NCBI GenBank assembly: GCA_030704615.1
Contig: CM060733.1
Coordinates: 3,906,001-3,970,000 of the forward strand
DNA: 64,000 bases
Direction of reading: 5' to 3'
Origin: Takakia lepidozioides
Lineage: Eukaryota > Plantae > Bryophyta
Both the position numbers and the translations under genes were made by a program. Positions 22,579-34,670 of the stretch are shown here, piece after piece. Below the pieces are notes generated by a model that saw only the letters and a list, made by a program, of their open reading frames with translations, did not search any database and had not been told where the DNA came from. Positions within the stretch are counted from its first letter, which is position 1. Each line of letters starts with the position of its first letter.

Positions 22579-22879
22579 AATGTACTCATAAGACTGTGTT
22601 TGCCATAGCCTTGTGGCCATAGACTTCGTGTCCAGTTTGGACAGAAACATAGGGAATAGGAACTACCTTTATGAAGGGCTCACTCCGGTAGTGTGACGTA
22701 CCTTGGTAAAGACAAATAGTTTGTGCTTTCCAGATATCCTCCAGAAAACCCTTCACACAAGTATCAATCTGCAGTGTGTGAGTAGCCCAAAAGTTAGACT
22801 CCAACAGGGCCAGTGCTTTAGGCTCAGCCTCGAGATTTTCAAAGATGGTGAATAGAGGTGCAGGAACCATGTTCTTTGC
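22579..22879 (-). mobile_element. 5'-truncated LINE, family A
   Basis: Paralogous to 20787-21070. 10-bp TSD agattaaagg (22569-22578 and 22880-22889). Confidence 0.85.
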
Positions 22880-23288
22880 AGATTAAAGGGTGCCACCCTC
22901 GGCCAAACTTTCCCTGCATTCTTGGTTCCTGTTGGCCCTTTTGGATCTTGCAATTCAGGAAGACAAGCTCAACAGTATGCGTTTAGGAATGGCTATTCAC
23001 CTCTGTTATGCGCAGTCCTTTTTCTGTGTAGGTATCAGTGAAAACCCTTCATCCTATGAGATTCTTAAGCTTTCAAACTTCACATCATTGCTATACGTTT
23101 GGTTGTATACTCATATGCCTGGTTGCTGCAAAGAGAAGGGAAAATCAGGTGGTGGTTAGAGTGATTCTTTTATGTCAACATGCTTTGCAATATTGATCTG
23201 GTATCACCGAGGGATCTTCTTTAGTCAGATGTTTGATTTAGGTCAAAGATTATTCTATGAATGAAATTCAAAGATTCACAGTGGGTTG

Positions 23289-24500
23289 TTACAAAACTAG
23301 ATTTAGCTTTTGTTCTAAAGCAGAGGACGATGATGCGGTTTCAGTGTTGCGAAGTGGCCACACTTGTACCCACATAGGCCCCTGATCTTCTATGGCAACT
23401 TGTCTTGAGAATGTTGTGCACTTTGGTGAGAGTGTCGCAATAGGTTCATCCAGTTTTTTGTCCCACTCTGTGCACCATGATAAATCATTCAATGGCTCAC
23501 AACCTGCTGAAGCTTGGTCCACAGAGGCATTCTGTAGCCCGCCTTGACAGAGAGTATCCACAGGAAGACACGGAGGATCCTTGGGGCTCACAGTACTCGA
23601 AGTTGCTGCTTCACACGATTGTCCAAGGCCAAGATCAGTCAGTGACTGCGCCAAAATTATAGTATTGGTCATCTCCATATCAGTCTGGGTTGCAATTGAA
23701 CTACATTGGTCTGCACTTGAGATGCTCCCTACCTCAACATGTATATTTCCCTGTTTGGTGTTCCTCTGAATTTCTCTCCACGCTTCCAAAGCCTTATTCA
23801 GTTTGGCTGTCGCTTTACGACCGACTTCCAACGCTTCCTCTTTCTTCCTGCATGCGTCTCTCTCGTATGTTCGCCAAACACCCAACAATCTATCTAGAGA
23901 AGGGCCTTTTCTTGGTGGCTTGTCACTGTCACTCCTACTTTTCTCCTCAGACACAGTGTCCGTTGCGTTGACATTGTCTAATTTCTTGGAGTCGGGTCTC
24001 AAACATGCAATAGCTGAGAAAGATCCCCACTTAACGGCGACGTCACAAGGTAAAGCGCCTTTCGCATCTACACACGCTCTGTTTGCACCCCTACTCACAA
24101 GCAACTCGACCATATCTGGCTTCACATGTTGAGCTGCATAGTGTAGTGGAGTGCGACGCTTGCAGTCAGTAGCATTGATATTAGCCCCTCTCTCTATCAA
24201 AATGCGTGCCATATCAACACGGCCACCAGCGACTGCGTAGTGGAGCGCAGAACATCCCGCCGCATCACGACAATCCAGTGCTCGCTTAGAAGTATGAACT
24301 ATAAGGACACGAGAAGCTGCGTCATGCCCAAAAACCAAAGACCAATGGAGAGGGGTTCGTCCAATTCTGTCTGGGGCCTGAACCTGGATGCTCTTCTCTA
24401 ATAATCCTCGGATGGTTGGAATGCTGTTCTCTTTCACAGCATTGTGCAGGTCAGTTGCATACACCCCTTCTGCCAGATTGCTTTCCTCCTTGACATCCAT
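23289..24500 (-). CDS. Ankyrin-repeat protein, single exon, 403 aa
   Basis: Ankyrin motifs GRTPLHW, GCSALHYA and RRTPLHYAA followed by LI.RGAN, then a coiled-coil-like segment and a low-complexity C-terminus. Intact ATG-to-stop frame. Confidence 0.82.
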   Translation of the reverse strand: MDVKEESNLAEGVYATDLHNAVKENSIPTIRGLLEKSIQVQAPDRIGRTPLHWSLVFGHDAASRVLIVHTSKRALDCRDAAGCSALHYAVAGGRVDMARILIERGANINATDCKRRTPLHYAAQHVKPDMVELLVSRGANRACVDAKGALPCDVAVKWGSFSAIACLRPDSKKLDNVNATDTVSEEKSRSDSDKPPRKGPSLDRLLGVWRTYERDACRKKEEALEVGRKATAKLNKALEAWREIQRNTKQGNIHVEVGSISSADQCSSIATQTDMEMTNTIILAQSLTDLGLGQSCEAATSSTVSPKDPPCLPVDTLCQGGLQNASVDQASAGCEPLNDLSWCTEWDKKLDEPIATLSPKCTTFSRQVAIEDQGPMWVQVWPLRNTETASSSSALEQKLNLVL

Positions 24501-25356
24501 TCACAAAACATCCTACTGCAGCTTGGCCCGGAAGATTAAATTGTCTTTCCGTACCATGTTGTCATGCTCCCAAAGGTTGTGTCCCCTCGATACAAGCACC
24601 ATTGTGCACTGAAGAATCATCACTTGGGTCCTTTGAAGAGATACATGTGTGCTCCTTCAACCTTTGAAAAGACACAACCCAAATTGGCTAGATATTTCAG
24701 TGCGGCCAATGGGCACAATTATAACCACGTATGAGACAATTGACTTCAAGACACTAGCGCATGACTGGCAGCCTTGCCCGTTTACCCGGCTTAGACAATG
24801 GGACTTGGCAAAATTTGCGAATAGTGATTGCACGTACAATCTAATCTCTGTCTGTAATTGCTAGCACCAGAAATTGGAGTCCATAAAGTGTTCAGAAAGA
24901 GGATGGAAGAAGGCCTGCGGTTAGCTGCAGAGCCCACTGCTGCGAACCCGTGCACAGGACATATACATGTGTCTTTACTACTAACTACAGGTTCTCCCGG
25001 CCATCTAAGGCTTTCAAGACTCTATCCTTCATAGATTGATCAGCCCAGGGTCCAGTGCAAGTGGGGACTCGGGAGCATACATGTCATATACCCAATTTCT
25101 GAGGCATTTCTTGCCGTAGTTTTGTGATCAAATACCCAGGCCCATTTTGGAACCACCACGCGCTTGCACTGGGGCCACAACAGTCGCGGAAGGCTCCGCT
25201 CCAGAAGTGGTTAAACTAAGTTGGTTCTGGCCTAGCACACTTGCTCTAGAACTCTCGCGCATGAATTTGCTGGGAGTATACACACCAGATTTCAGACTCA
25301 ATTGAGAAGCCCCTGACTTTCCGCATTCATGAGCACGCACACCCGGAGAGAGAGAA

Positions 25357-25490
25357 TGAGATGGAACTTTATAACGTCCGCAGAAAGCTCAAAGAGCTTA
25401 TGGGACAAAAGGAAAACAAGAAACAAGAAAGAGAACAAAAGACAAAGAGTGAAGCCAGAAGCAGCCCAAGAGCAACTGCTGCTCAAGGAG
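25357..25490 (-). mobile_element. Short 3' end of RTE-X-like LINE family B
   Basis: ttttgtcccataagctc..gagctttc.gcggacgttataaag is shared with 43505-43555. 12-bp TSD ggagagagagaa. Confidence 0.75.
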
Positions 25491-28400
25491 GGAGAGAGAG
25501 AAATGGGAGCTCCCCCTCAGGGCGATTTGTAGCCTCAATGTGGGACCGTTTGTTAATGCTCTCGAGTAATTCAAATGAGGTTTTCCGCATCAGGATGTAT
25601 ACATGTGCGGTCTATGGTTCCAACCTCATTCCAACAAGCTTGATTGCTGGCAATGCAGGTGGACCGTAGCATCTCTCGTAAGTAAATACTCGTGCTCGTT
25701 CATTAGTGCTTCTTAGGTGACAAACCCCGAAATTGTAGCCTGTTACGAAGTCTTCTAAGTTGGAATGTGAACTCAACACAGTGGACCTCTCCCCGTCATT
25801 AGATTAATCGATCGATATGGTCGTCATTCTTGAGAACTTCCATTAAGCATCAATTAAGGTGTTTTCTTCAGACGAGAGGATTGGCGGGGGGAGGGGAGAG
25901 AGGAGGGGAACTTCCATATTCAATGAATCCATGTTATCAGAACCCAAGTCGGTAATCGTGGTCCAGTGGCAAACAGCAAGAGGAATCTTCCCTGGTTGGT
26001 CATACAAAGTGCTGGCTCAAGAGCATTCAGGAATTATTTCAGCTCCGTCAACCCATGTCTCATTTGCTATTCCACAAATCGCAGCCGTTTGTAGGAGTAT
26101 TTAGGTATCAGAATTGAGAGAGAGATACAATGGAGTCAGAGCCAGCATGCAGTAACCACGCCACTGAGCCTAGGCTGTACAATCACCCACTGCTATCGTC
26201 TGCTGCAGTCACATTCAAAAGTCATAGCCACATCTGAAGAACCAGCTATTGTCAGCAAATTGCCTGTTGGCTTCCAGGAGTCTTTGTCCCTACAGGCCAA
26301 ATATCAGATTGAAGAAGACTCCCGGGAAGATGAAGAATTTCTCCATCCTCGTCCAGGCTTGTAACTATGAATTTCATCACGCAAAGCCCCTCGATATTGG
26401 ATTTCAGCAATGGACTAGAACCCAATAGTTCTCAAGCACCAGGAAGATCCTGGATCATACGGCATGAAATGGAAGAACTCATACAACACTGACCAAGTAT
26501 TATGTCATCTCGCAGCCTCCTGCCGTGACTGCAGGTCACTTCTAGATCTTTATTTGTCGTCTAGCAAAAGGTGGAAGGACGATGTCAGCTCAAACTAACT
26601 ACTTAACAACTGTCATACGTGTGTACGTTCACTGGGAGGGTGTTTTAAAATAATACCCATCAAGATTACACTGGGCCAGAATTCTCCATAACACTATTTG
26701 TAGGTAGGTTGCCATTCCACATTGTGAATTCGGAAAGCAACATTTCTTTGTGTATAGGTAGAAGCACTTAGTAAGTTATTGTAATGATCAGTAGCTTAGT
26801 TTTACTCGTTTAAAATGGTTAATCTAGATATAACTGTTTGGGTTTCATCTGAAACATGTATTGTTGGTTGCATATTTTTTCAGTAGAGTCCATCCAGTTA
26901 GTGTAATTGGAGTTTGAAATGTGGACGCCTGAACCACATAATTTTCTGGGAAAGGGAAGGCTCAGGGAGCCTCAATGGGTTGGTACAATGTGAAAGCAAA
27001 ATCAATGCAGTGTACTAGAAACACATGTGAGATGTGTTAGTATAGGTGTAGCAGGCCTATAAACAGGGTAAGACAACATGACATTCAGGAAATAGCAATT
27101 GGGATAATCGGAAAACACATAAGTTAGGCTACAGGAGACGACCTGTGCTCATATAGCAGCTCCCGGATTCCCGTGGATGGAGTTTCCTCAAAGTTAGGGC
27201 CGAAGTGGGTTGGGCAGACAAGGTGGGGCCTGTGTGGCATCCCAGAACAAGAGCATGACATAAGTGCATGAGCAGATTCTTTGTTTTGTCCATCATGAGG
27301 GCTGGGACTCCAAAACCCAAGAAAAAGCAGGTGCCAAAGTTCAAGTTCAAATAAGATGGTGATGCAGATGGGAAATGATAGTTGATTTCCTCCGGATTGA
27401 TGGCGGGCCACCTTACTTTCTCAACTTGAGCTCACAAGGACCCCATCAAGATGTCTCTCTGCACAAGACCGTGACCACTTGAAGATGCCAGAGCTCCAAA
27501 GTGCCCTCCAAAGTGCCCCTCCATGAATGAAGTTTGGCAGGTTTTGAGCTGCGGAAATGGCCGCTCCTCATTATGCGCCGCCCACAAGTAAAAGTGAGTT
27601 CAAATCTTGAAGGGAGCCTTTCCAAAGCTCCTCCCTCCTCGGCACTGCTGCTGTAAAAGCTGTCCAGACTATGTACCAGAACCAAACGCACATAGTTAAT
27701 TAATGCAGAATGTCCCAGAATCTCCATCCTCCTCCCCCTCCTCCATCTTGGTTTCGCAACTTTCCTTTCCTTGCCTTTCCTCTATCTGTCTAGATACTCG
27801 AAAGTAATACCTACCCACTATCTAGGGTGCGGGGGACAGTCGAGGGATGTTTGATTTGCTTGAATGTCTCTCAGATTAGGAACTCCAACACACTCTGACA
27901 AAGTGCGGCATCGGGCGATTCATCCATGAGCACGCACTCGGCTAAATCTGGCCATAGATATCTGACTTGCGAACACCAACAATAAGATTTGCTGCACAAA
28001 TTATTGGCCGGAACACCAACCTGAGGTGGCCAGATCCTGTCACCCACTGCGCACTGTCCTTACAGCGCTGGCCAGCAAATGTTTTCTACTTGTTTTATAG
28101 CGTGACTCACATTGTGGCTCTGACAATCCTATCGCTTTCCACAACTCGCTGCCGTTTTGACACGGCCGTTGCCAACTTACCGACGGCAGAGCTACTGACA
28201 GCCGTTTTGATGTGCCGTCGAATGGCAGTTTTCTGCCGTTGCAACCACTTCACGGCATCGTGTGGACATGCTTTCACCCCAGGGACTTTACACCCGCCTG
28301 TATCCCTGGTCACACTTCATATCACCGAAATCAAATCCCGGAGAGTAGATCTTGGTGCCACCATCATCTCTTCCATTGAGAAAACGACTCCCCACTGTCT

Positions 28401-31400
28401 GCCTTGTCATGAATCATGACCCTTTCTCTTGGAGCCAGGCTGCATTTTATATTGTTGTGATGTTGTCCAGACAACAAGTGGATCATTGAACCAGGGATGG
28501 AACAGTCACCGTTGTCGTTGCTTCAGGAAGGGGTGTAAACGTGTAAACTTAGTGATTGTTCAACGCCCACCTACCCATTTGCAAGATTCTAGGAATCATT
28601 TTTCCCACGGATATTAATTGTTCAAATTCAAACAGACTGGCTCACCTGATCAAATCTGAGGTTTTTTATTAGAGTTGGTTGCTACCTAGTGTGCTCGGCG
28701 ATCAACCTGAAAGGCGGCAGCTCAGGCTAGCAATCCAAATTCACATTCGGGTGACCTCATAAGATTAATGTGACTTTTATCAACTTAGAGATGAAGTTAG
28801 AGTTGAAGCTTGTTTCGAAAACGTCCAGCGGACTTACGGAGCCCACTGCTACAGTTTGAGGAAGACAAAGAGGGAGACTCTGACGGCCACGTTCCGTCGA
28901 GAGACGACGACAAGCAACACAGGCTGACGCACAGCGGGTGCACAGCTCTGCTGACTCTTTGCTGTTGCAAGCTTGTGTTGCGTCCTTGAGTCACCACCTG
29001 CTAATCCCACGTATTATTAGCACCTGAAGGTTCAGAGCGACGCTCAGGTACCTAGCCCATTCAGCAAACCCAAGAAAAAAAGATGGAAAATCTCACGTGC
29101 ACGGACAGCTTAGAGAACTTATGCCTCCAAACCCATAACTAGTTGAAGTTGACACCGCAAACCCAGTCTTCGGAGCAGAGAGCGAGAGAGACATGCACAA
29201 GCCAAATATTGCCACACCAACTTAATAACGGAAATGCTCAATGTACCCCACAGCAGATAGTCACGTATGTTTGTGTCTAGCGACAGAAGTCTCTAATGCT
29301 CAAGACTCAAGACCTTCTGCCCAGAAGTTGACAGAGCTGCTCCTCTAAATCACAGTAAAGTTGGCTGTGGTCAACTAAGAAGATCGTGCACCGACTTCCC
29401 CTCGACATACCGCTAATAATATACACTTACAACTAAAATTATTTAAGTACAACTCTTATGACTTGGCCGATCATCTCCAAGCATTCTCTACCTAGTGTCT
29501 GGTTTCTCAGAGGTTTCTCAGTCGCGGAGCTCATCAACAAGGTCTGCCAGATGGCGGAAAGGAAGGTCCAGTCCTTGGGAGTTGGGGCACACAGAAGTGT
29601 GGTGGAAGTGTTTGTCCTCACATTCTCAGACCTACTCTGCTCCCATCCGACTTGTGTTCTTTCCGTGCAAAGTATGAACAACCTACCATCACCTCCCCAT
29701 CATCACTCCTGACCCCACTTCCTACCTCTTTTTAAACTTATCCAAAAAGCCACCCCACCACCGCTTCCTCTGCTTCACATTTCTCTATGCAAACCACAAC
29801 ACTGTTGATACTTGAGACTCAAACACAGGAATAAGATCCTTTTCACATTTCCTTTATTCTTATATGCTTGATTTATGACATCTTTAGGATCATTCTGGAA
29901 TGTAATGTATAACTGTTGGTTTGAAAAGTGCATATAATCATGCCTTGTTCATGCCCTCTTCATGATGTCAATTTTTCTTGTTTCTCAAATAATCAAAGAG
30001 GGCAAGAGGTCAAATTGGTTGGTTTCACACTTGCCACCCAAATTGGCTCGCTTTCCTCTGAATATCTAGATTAATATTACAAATAATATACAATAAATAG
30101 AGTAAAACAAAATAAGAGATGTACAAACTCTGGACGGACGAACAGGCTCCCACGTCGCTGGAGTAGACTGGATGACAAATAGCTACTGCGCTCTCAGCGT
30201 GCATTTCATTCATCCCTGCCGCCTATGGCAGGATCGCACATGGGCATCAATGTGCGGATGATGTCATGGTCTGACGCCGCATACCTAATCACCCCGCAAT
30301 CATCACCGTTAAAAAGATAATACATCGTAAATCCAGTTTTACTTCACTACCCGTCTCCGTGCTCAGGTCAATATCTAACCCGGGGTTAGAACAGACCGTT
30401 GGGGTGGGTCCGTCGGCTGGGCCGGGTCAATAGGCACGCCCATATGGATGTCGCTGGGTGAGGGACCATGCAGCGGCTACGGCCGACCGGCGGCTCCCGT
30501 TGCCGGTGGTGTGTCGGACTTCTTGGTCGCGCGTGCGATCCTGTCGTTGGGTGACCGGCCGCCGGTAGATTTCTCTCAGCACCATCCCGGTCAATAGGCG
30601 GCAAGTCAGCCTAGCGGATGACATCCTGCTCTTCATTCATCAAACTCCTCTGTTCGTTCGCAGCCAAAGTTGGACGGACGGACGATGTGGACGTGAGAGA
30701 CGTGATTCAGTGCGATCAGGAGTTGAGCCCCAGACCTCTCCCCGTATACTGCAAAGTATGCGCGGCACTGTACGTTGCGATCCTCCGTACCCTCACAAGC
30801 ACCACGTGTTTTTCATTTACTAGCCTTAGCTATGGATGGATGAAACGTGGATGAACAAGAGTTTGCCGAGCACTGTGGGTTGGCCAACTCGTCAGACTGG
30901 CGGTAATCCCGTGGCGAAACTGCAGTCGCCGGCAAATGCCCGGTTTCACAGCAAAATCCGAAAGAATCCCGGCGAGTCTGCCAACCGGCTGTGTCTGATA
31001 GTAACTGGCCGTAGCCAGTGGTGCAGGTGGTACTGTGACGGTTAGTACAGTCGCTAAAAATGGAGACCGACACGTCAGCAAGTCAGATTCCAATAAGTAA
31101 TATCCGTATCTTTAACTGGCTTATTCGACCTACTTGTACCGTATATAGCCAGGTATATGGTAGGTAGCGCCAAAGGTGGCGCTTGGCCAGGATTATGGCG
31201 AAACCACATCCCATGCACAAAAGGGCGGCGCTGTCTTTAGTGTGCCTATATATATCTGTACCTATGTATATATATAAAACATCGCACTATAATAATACAT
31301 TTACACAAATTGTCCAGACACCCGGTCGGGAAGCACGGGCTGCAGCCGGTTCGCGGCTGCATGGAGTTGGGCGAGACCGGTAGCCAGCGGTGGGGACATG

Positions 31401-31537
31401 TGGGCAGCCGTGGCGCCTCGAACGGCGCGTGGCACGTACGTACCAATTACTCCCTAGTTCCCTCACGAACGTACTAACAGGCTGACGGAGCGTACCGGCT
31501 CTTCTCACTAACCACGTACATTAGGCTCGCCGGGCGC

Positions 31538-31772
31538 CAGCGTTTCTTTTAAGGAATTTGGCCGCACATTCTGTTCGTCTACTAGAATTCATCCACATAT
31601 GTTCTTTAATCTATTTATATTATCCACATTTGGCGAACTCATCCATAATGTTTTTTTACTTGGAGAAGTTTGGCGATTTCATCCATGAAAAAACAGGGAA
31701 TTTGCGACAGAATATCCTTTTTTATTTTTCGATATCGCAATTTGGCGAAAATCGCCAATAAAAGAATGGCTG
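31538..31772. mobile_element. hAT-type MITE (same family as 54628-54902, inverted)
   Basis: CAGCG...GGCTG termini. Internal ggcgatttcatccatgaaaaaa..gggaattt is homologous to the reverse complement of 54630-54790. TSD degenerate. Confidence 0.7.
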
Positions 31773-32235
31773 GCGGGCAGTAAAAGCGGCGGGGCGGTGC
31801 GGACAAGGTGAATAGTTGCGAGGGCGGTGTGCCGTTGAGCGATGATACAAAACTATTCATAGTGCGAATATCTAGAAAGCGGTCGTATAATGCGCAGGTG
31901 GGCAGCGGCCCGGCTACTTGCGTCGCTACACCTGCCCTCTATCTGCCACCTTTCTATTCCCGCTGCTTGCTCATTCCGCCACCTTTCTTCTCGAGTTATT
32001 GGATAGAATATAGTGGTGCACTGTACAGGGAGGGCATACGGTCGACGTGACTGTCCGTACCCTCACAAGCACCACGTTTTTGTGTATATTTTTGGGGTCA
32101 ATACACGTAATCATTTTATATACTGCGTTTGATGGTAGGTAATCCTACAAATCTTTCCAAAAAGGTTAGTAATTATTATTAGGCTACTAGGCATTTCCAC
32201 TTCACGTGTTATATTATGTTTATTGACTGTTTCAG

Positions 32236-32290
32236 ACCAGCTCAGTTAGAGTGCCACCCGAGTGAGTCTGGGTTCGAATCCTTGTACCTT
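32236..32290 (+). other. tRNA-like relic (pseudo-tRNA or SINE head)
   Basis: A-box-like cagctcagttagag and B-box gggttcgaatcc. No complete cloverleaf. Confidence 0.35.
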
Positions 32291-33517
32291 GTGGGGGGTG
32301 GCATAATTTTTCTCCTCTCGCTATTATCAAGGGGCGGAGCGGTCGCGCCCGCGGTTTCCACGAACAGTGAAAAATAGTGAGCAAGCGGCAGCGGTAATAA
32401 GTGAAAATTTGAGCAGAAAAGACGAGAGTCATTATGGGAGATATAAGGCACGATAGGGTGCAGGCTAACTGTAGGCCAACCGTGGTATGGTCGCGGCTGA
32501 CAGGTGTCAGTGAGCATGGTCGAGTCTGGAGGCCGTAGCTAGGTCAGGGTTTCGCCACGAACTAGCCACGGTATGCTGGTTTCGCCAGGCTCGTCAGAAG
32601 AATCCCATCCCTTGTTGTTACTGGGTACTGTCGGTCACAGTGGAAGAATCTCGAGCCTATACGACTGGCTGTGGCCGGTCACATCTGGCAGTACAGATAT
32701 AAAGGAGAGGGATGTAGCCACCGGCTGTGTCCTGTTCACATCCGGTCACCCCGTGACGCATCGGTGATTTCTTTGGGGTAGTAATTAATTAAAGTAGGCG
32801 TTGTTGGGCTGACTTCGGTAGAATGAACTGGCTATATCCGGGAATTCGACCCGCGCACAAGGCGCCGGTGACCGTGGTAGCAGGTGGGCGGCAGGCCACG
32901 CGTCAGGGTTCGAGAGTCGACGGAATAGATGAAACACGTTGTCATCCCCACTAACAAAATTTAGTTACGGAAATGAGAAGTCGCCATTTCCGCGCAGAGA
33001 AAAATATTTTCTGCCCACGTGATTAAACGAGCCCCGGTCATTGGTGGGGAAAATGTATTCAAATATCAATTATAATATTTAAAATACTCTGTGATATGAA
33101 CACCAAGAGTCAAGTCAAGGATACAAATAAAAGAAAGTCGCTCCCAGGTGTTAAAACAAAAAAGAAAAAAGAAAAAAAAGAAAAGAAAAGAAAAGAAAAA
33201 GGGATGGCGCTGGTTCTAGAATCAATAGTACATGCTCTTTGAAAACTTTATAGAACCTGTATTAATATATATGTAAACATACTAATATATAATATATATG
33301 TTTTGTGATATTTGAGTGTGTCACATATTGACTAAATGCCTTGTGGAACTACTAATGTCTCTAGTCGACTTTAAATGTTACTTCAATATATGTTATATCT
33401 CTTTTATTGTTATGTTTTTTATATTGTAGAATATTACACAAAAAGGGAGTGAATGAGTATTATATGTCAAGTGTTAAGAAAATCCTACTCTCTATGGTGT
33501 TGTAGCACCGTATATAG

Positions 33518-33850
33518 TTGTTACATGTTGTTATGTTGCATGAAATAGTTGGACTTTTGCAACAGTTTGCTGAGCTTTCCGTCCTTCATGAGGTTGAGGC
33601 TCCGACCATAGATGCCTTGGAGTTTGTTAATTTTGAGGCCCAGTTTGATTTAAGCAAGCCATTTCAACCAAAGGATGATGAGATTTGGGACATGGTTGGT
33701 CCAAAGGAAGAGGTGGAGGAGCTCAGCCAAGAGAAAATCTCGATTCCACAATAGTCCGCAGTGTTACTTTCAGAAGTAGTGTTGCGCTAATACTTACATT
33801 ACATTACTATCCAGCTATGCATTGAACAACAACCTCAAGGTACTTAGGTA
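33518..33850 (+). pseudogene. Possible pogo/Tigger-type transposase C-terminal remnant
   Basis: IDALEFVNFE...DDEIWDMV..EE resembles the acidic C-terminal tail of pogo/CENP-B-like transposases. AT-rich degenerate context. Confidence 0.4.
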
Positions 33851-34065
33851 CTCCTTTACTTTCAAAAGGAGTTGTATGCTCCATGGACATCCCATTCTCG
33901 ACAAATGGACCTTTTTTCTTATCTTAATTATATTTAATAAATAACTGTTACTTTCCATCTAGTTGACATTCAACTTGTTAGGTGTGACCTTTACAATTGC
34001 TATGGTATGATACTTTTCCCTCCTTTATGGCTGGTTGTTATATATCTATAAATGTTATATACATA

Positions 34066-34670
34066 CTGTCCCTGGACAACGGATTAGGCGATAATTAATT
34101 CAAAATTCAAAATAAAAGTGCCTAACGAATTTTGTGATTTTTTCAGATTTAAGCCTAATTTCGGGAAATTATGGGACCAAAGCCTAATGCCCAAAAATTC
34201 CACCAAAAAACTTGCAAGCCTCTTCTCATGTTGTTTGTAATAAGATCAAAATTTCTTTGAATAAAAATCAATACAAATATATGCGTGCGGAAATAACTTC
34301 CTACAAATCGCAATCTATTTGCGAGAGCTCCACTTTGAAAGGCCCTTGCATGGACTCGACAATGTCATCATATCATCATCCTCGCTAATCCTCATCATCT
34401 CTCCATCTACTTTGTACAACAAAGAGGGGCATTTTTAGGGTTTCAAAGGAAATGAGAGGTAGCTGGAGCTTCCAGGAAAGGCCCATGGGCATTGGGTGTC
34501 TATTTTTGTAATTTTATTCTTAAGAAAATAGATGTTTTTTCTTCTCATGTGCCTAATCTAAAAAATTGTAGCATGCAATGCCTAATTTGAGGTTTCAAGA
34601 CATGCCTAATTTTCTGATTGATTGATTTTGGATTTAGGCGCAAAATGCCTAATCCGTTGTCAAGGGACGG
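34066..34670. mobile_element. Tc1/mariner-type MITE (TA TSD)
   Basis: 24-bp TIR ctgtccctggacaacggattaggc / gcctaatccgttgtcaagggacgg, flanked by TA. Internal gcctaa repeats. Confidence 0.85.
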
